The position numbers and the translations under genes are program-made. The notes under the pieces are model-generated. The model did no database searches. It was not told the DNA's origin and saw only the letters and a program-made list of their open reading frames with translations. From Lama guanicoe (lineage: Eukaryota), in NCBI GenBank assembly GCA_013239625.1, contig MU053881.1:4547957-4611956 (forward strand): 64,000 bases of DNA, read 5' to 3'. Of this stretch, positions 61,521-64,000 are shown in pieces (within the stretch, counting starts at the first letter, position 1; each line of letters begins with the position of its first letter).

Positions 61521-62017
61521 CCCTCTAGACATGGTGGTATTTGACCAAACCGTGGGTCTTAGTCACATTTCACTCAGCTTTCAAACTAAGGAGGGACACA
61601 AAAGACAAAATGCAAATGTCTCTGTCTGAAAAACTGGACACCTCTGGGTGGCACACAGCTCTTATAAATACCCAGGAAGCAGATTCACACTGAATAGGAA
61701 TTTTAACAATTTTTTAAAAAAAAGATAAAAGGAGAAGAAAAAAGGGGAAGAATTCCACAAGAAATTGAAGGGGAATTTGGGAGACAGGATGTAGCAAGCA
61801 TCACTGGACCATGGCCAGAACAACCGGCCAGAACAAACCTCCCCTTATTAGAAGCACCAGCAGAGCCCGAGTGTCCAGGAGCATCAGGACCTTCCCAGAA
61901 TCTCTCATTCGACAGATGCTGAATGAAGGGTACAATTTATATACATGAATAAGAATTTTTTGTTCAATTTGTCCTCTAAAGCTCACTTTCACTTGGGAAA
62001 GATAATGCTCTAAATTT

Positions 62018-62152
62018 TTTTTTGGTGGGGGGGAGGTAATTAGGTTTTATTTATTTACTTACTTACTTATTTATATGGATGTACTGGGGATGGAACCCAG
62101 GACCTCATGTGCACTAAGCACACAGTCTACTACTGAGCTATATCCCCTCTCC
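62018..62152 (-). mobile_element. Camelid tRNA-derived SINE (Vic-1 type)
   Basis: GGGGGGAGGTAATTAGG...GTACTGGGGATGGAACCCAGGACCTC...CTGAGCTATATCCC; TSD AATGCTCT(A/G)AATTT at 62004-62017 and 62153-62166. Confidence 0.92.
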
Positions 62153-62424
62153 AATGCTCTGAATTTCAAAGATCTCCAAATGTTTTTTTGTTTTTAATAG
62201 AAGCAGTGTTTTGTCCTCCACTTTTGTAGGGTTCATGAAACAAATCCCAGCTATTCTGATGTCTAATGGAATATGTCCCCCTAACTGAGGAGCAGGGCTA
62301 AGTACTGTGATACAAATGTTCTCAGAAAGATTTATGAAAGCAATACACAGACTCCTTTCCTTCCGCTAGGAAGTAATCTAGTAGCTAATTGCCGCCTTTT
62401 AATAAGCCCTTTCAATGTTGTAAG

Positions 62425-62985
62425 TTGCCGTGGACATCCTGCCATTTCTGCCCCAGCAGTATCTCCTCCTCCATCCTCTGTTAAGAACACCCAGCTTTTC
62501 CTGGGGAGCCAATCCTCCTCCACTCTCAGGCCTTGTGGTTCAGTTAGGTCAGACCCCCTGCTTTGGCTGCAGGGAGGGACAGGAGACCCAGACCCAGCCA
62601 ATCAGAGATCCACACCCTCCTGGCCACATCCTAATTGGTTTGAGGATGGTCACGTGGCCCAAACTAAGCCAATGGGACTTAGTCCAACAACTTAAGTTGA
62701 ATTGTTGGGAAAGACCCTGCCCCTTTCCATAGAGGCTGCTTAACCAATAGGATGCATGTCCAGAGCTACCATGGTGCTAATGGGAATGCAGCAGAACTGA
62801 GAGGTAGCGAGAGACGGAGTCCTGATGTCACATCTGGACCTCCACATCCAGCTGTACCTGATGACAGGCTCTATCTATGAACTCTTTAAGATACCTGAAC
62901 CAAAACTTTTCCTTTTTTTGCTTAAACCGGTTAAAGTTATATTCCTATCATTTTATCATTTTCAACCAAACTTCTAGCTAATTCA
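62425..62985 (+). mobile_element. Old ERVL/MaLR LTR (LTR16/LTR33/MLT1-like)
   Basis: CAGCCAATCAGAG...GGATGGTCACGTGGCCCAAACTAAGCCAATG...TTTTTTTGCTTAAACCGGTT. Confidence 0.65.
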
Positions 62986-63772
62986 TAAATAAAGGCTGCC
63001 TGGGTATTCCCTACCAAGCTTACCCTGCACACAACATGCATAATGACGGCAGTTTCAAATAGCTTGGGCCCCACCATCTACCCCTCAGGCATCTTCCAGA
63101 TGCAGCTTCTCTTTAAAAGATGCGGTGTTCACCATGCTGCCCCTCCCCTCATTCCCTCCACTCGCCACGAACTCCAGCTGTTCTCCAAGCTGTGTCCGCA
63201 GACCCTGCCCACCTCCACTCACCCCCATGGGCCTTTAAATCTGGTGCAGTGGCTGCGACACAAGATCTTTTTTTAGCGGAGCCCAAACTCCAGTTGTGGC
63301 ACATAATGTGCTTGTGGTAGCAGACAAGGGAGCACAAACCGGAGTACTGGGCAATATGAACTTACCTCGGGCTTTAGTCTAACGTTGAACTTGGCTTTGG
63401 AGATGTTAAGACGTGGTCGGGGGACAAAAAGCAGCTATGGCACCACGGAAAGAACATGAAGAAGACTTCCATCGCAGGTGACTTCAAATTCTTCCCATGT
63501 AGCTTGCTGAAACCCGGCTCCCTGAGTCCTGAGTCCTACCATGATGCCTGAGGGCTTTCTACAAAATCTCATGATCACATTTCTATGTTCTTTTTCTGGA
63601 AAGGCCACTGAAGACTCCATTACCCAGGCACATGTGGCCCTCAAATTCACAGACACAGAGAGGAAGGCTAGCCTCAGGTCCTGATTACTGTCCACCGCCT
63701 TCCAGAGAGAGAGAGAGCCAGGGTTCTACTGAAGCCCAAATGGCAATAGTAGCCCTCTGCTCTGAGGGTGCA

Positions 63773-64000
63773 TGTAATAGGTGAATAATGGCTCCCAAAG
63801 AGGTCCTCGTCCTAATGCCTAGGACCTGTGAGAGTGATCTTACACGGCAAAGGGCGCTCTGCAGCTCTGATGAAGTTAAAGATCTCGAGATGGGGAGATG
63901 AGCCCACCCCATCCCGGTGGGCTCAGTGAAATCACAAAGATCCAGATAAGAGGAGGGATGGGGTAGGCAGTGAGACGTGGAGGAGGCCAGGTGATAGCAG
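63773..64000 (+). mobile_element. MaLR MLT1D-like LTR, 5' part (runs off window)
   Basis: TGTAATAGGTGAATAATGGCTCCCAAAGAGGTCC...TTACACGGCAAAGG...GTTAAAGATCTCGAGATGGGGAGAT. Confidence 0.9.

Overview
Mammalian non-coding genomic DNA, most likely camelid (camel, alpaca or llama). The evidence is five tRNA-derived Vic-1-type SINEs and young L1 3' ends of the camelid type. I cannot support any host protein-coding exon, RNA gene, CRISPR array or prokaryotic-type system. The only ORFs with recognisable homology are broken LINE-1 ORF2 fragments. A large part of the window is interspersed repeat: L1 of several ages, HAL1, L2, CR1/L3, MIR, MaLR/MLT1, ERVL and ERV1 solo LTRs, and hAT MITEs. Between these lie repeat-free, motif-rich islands that look like enhancers or insulators of a gene desert or large intron. 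The best leads are: (1) a MER41-like solo LTR with a tight NF-kB + GAS (STAT) cluster, a candidate interferon-inducible enhancer; (2) a young twin-primed (5'-inverted) L1 with a perfect 16-bp target-site duplication (TSD); (3) a ~100-bp piece of old L1MC-type sequence captured inside a younger L1; (4) a perfect 17-bp hairpin inside an old MER5; (5) a CTCF site with its upstream module; (6) an orphan CpG island. Repeat family names are recognised from memory of consensus sequences, not from a search. Boundaries without a TSD are approximate.
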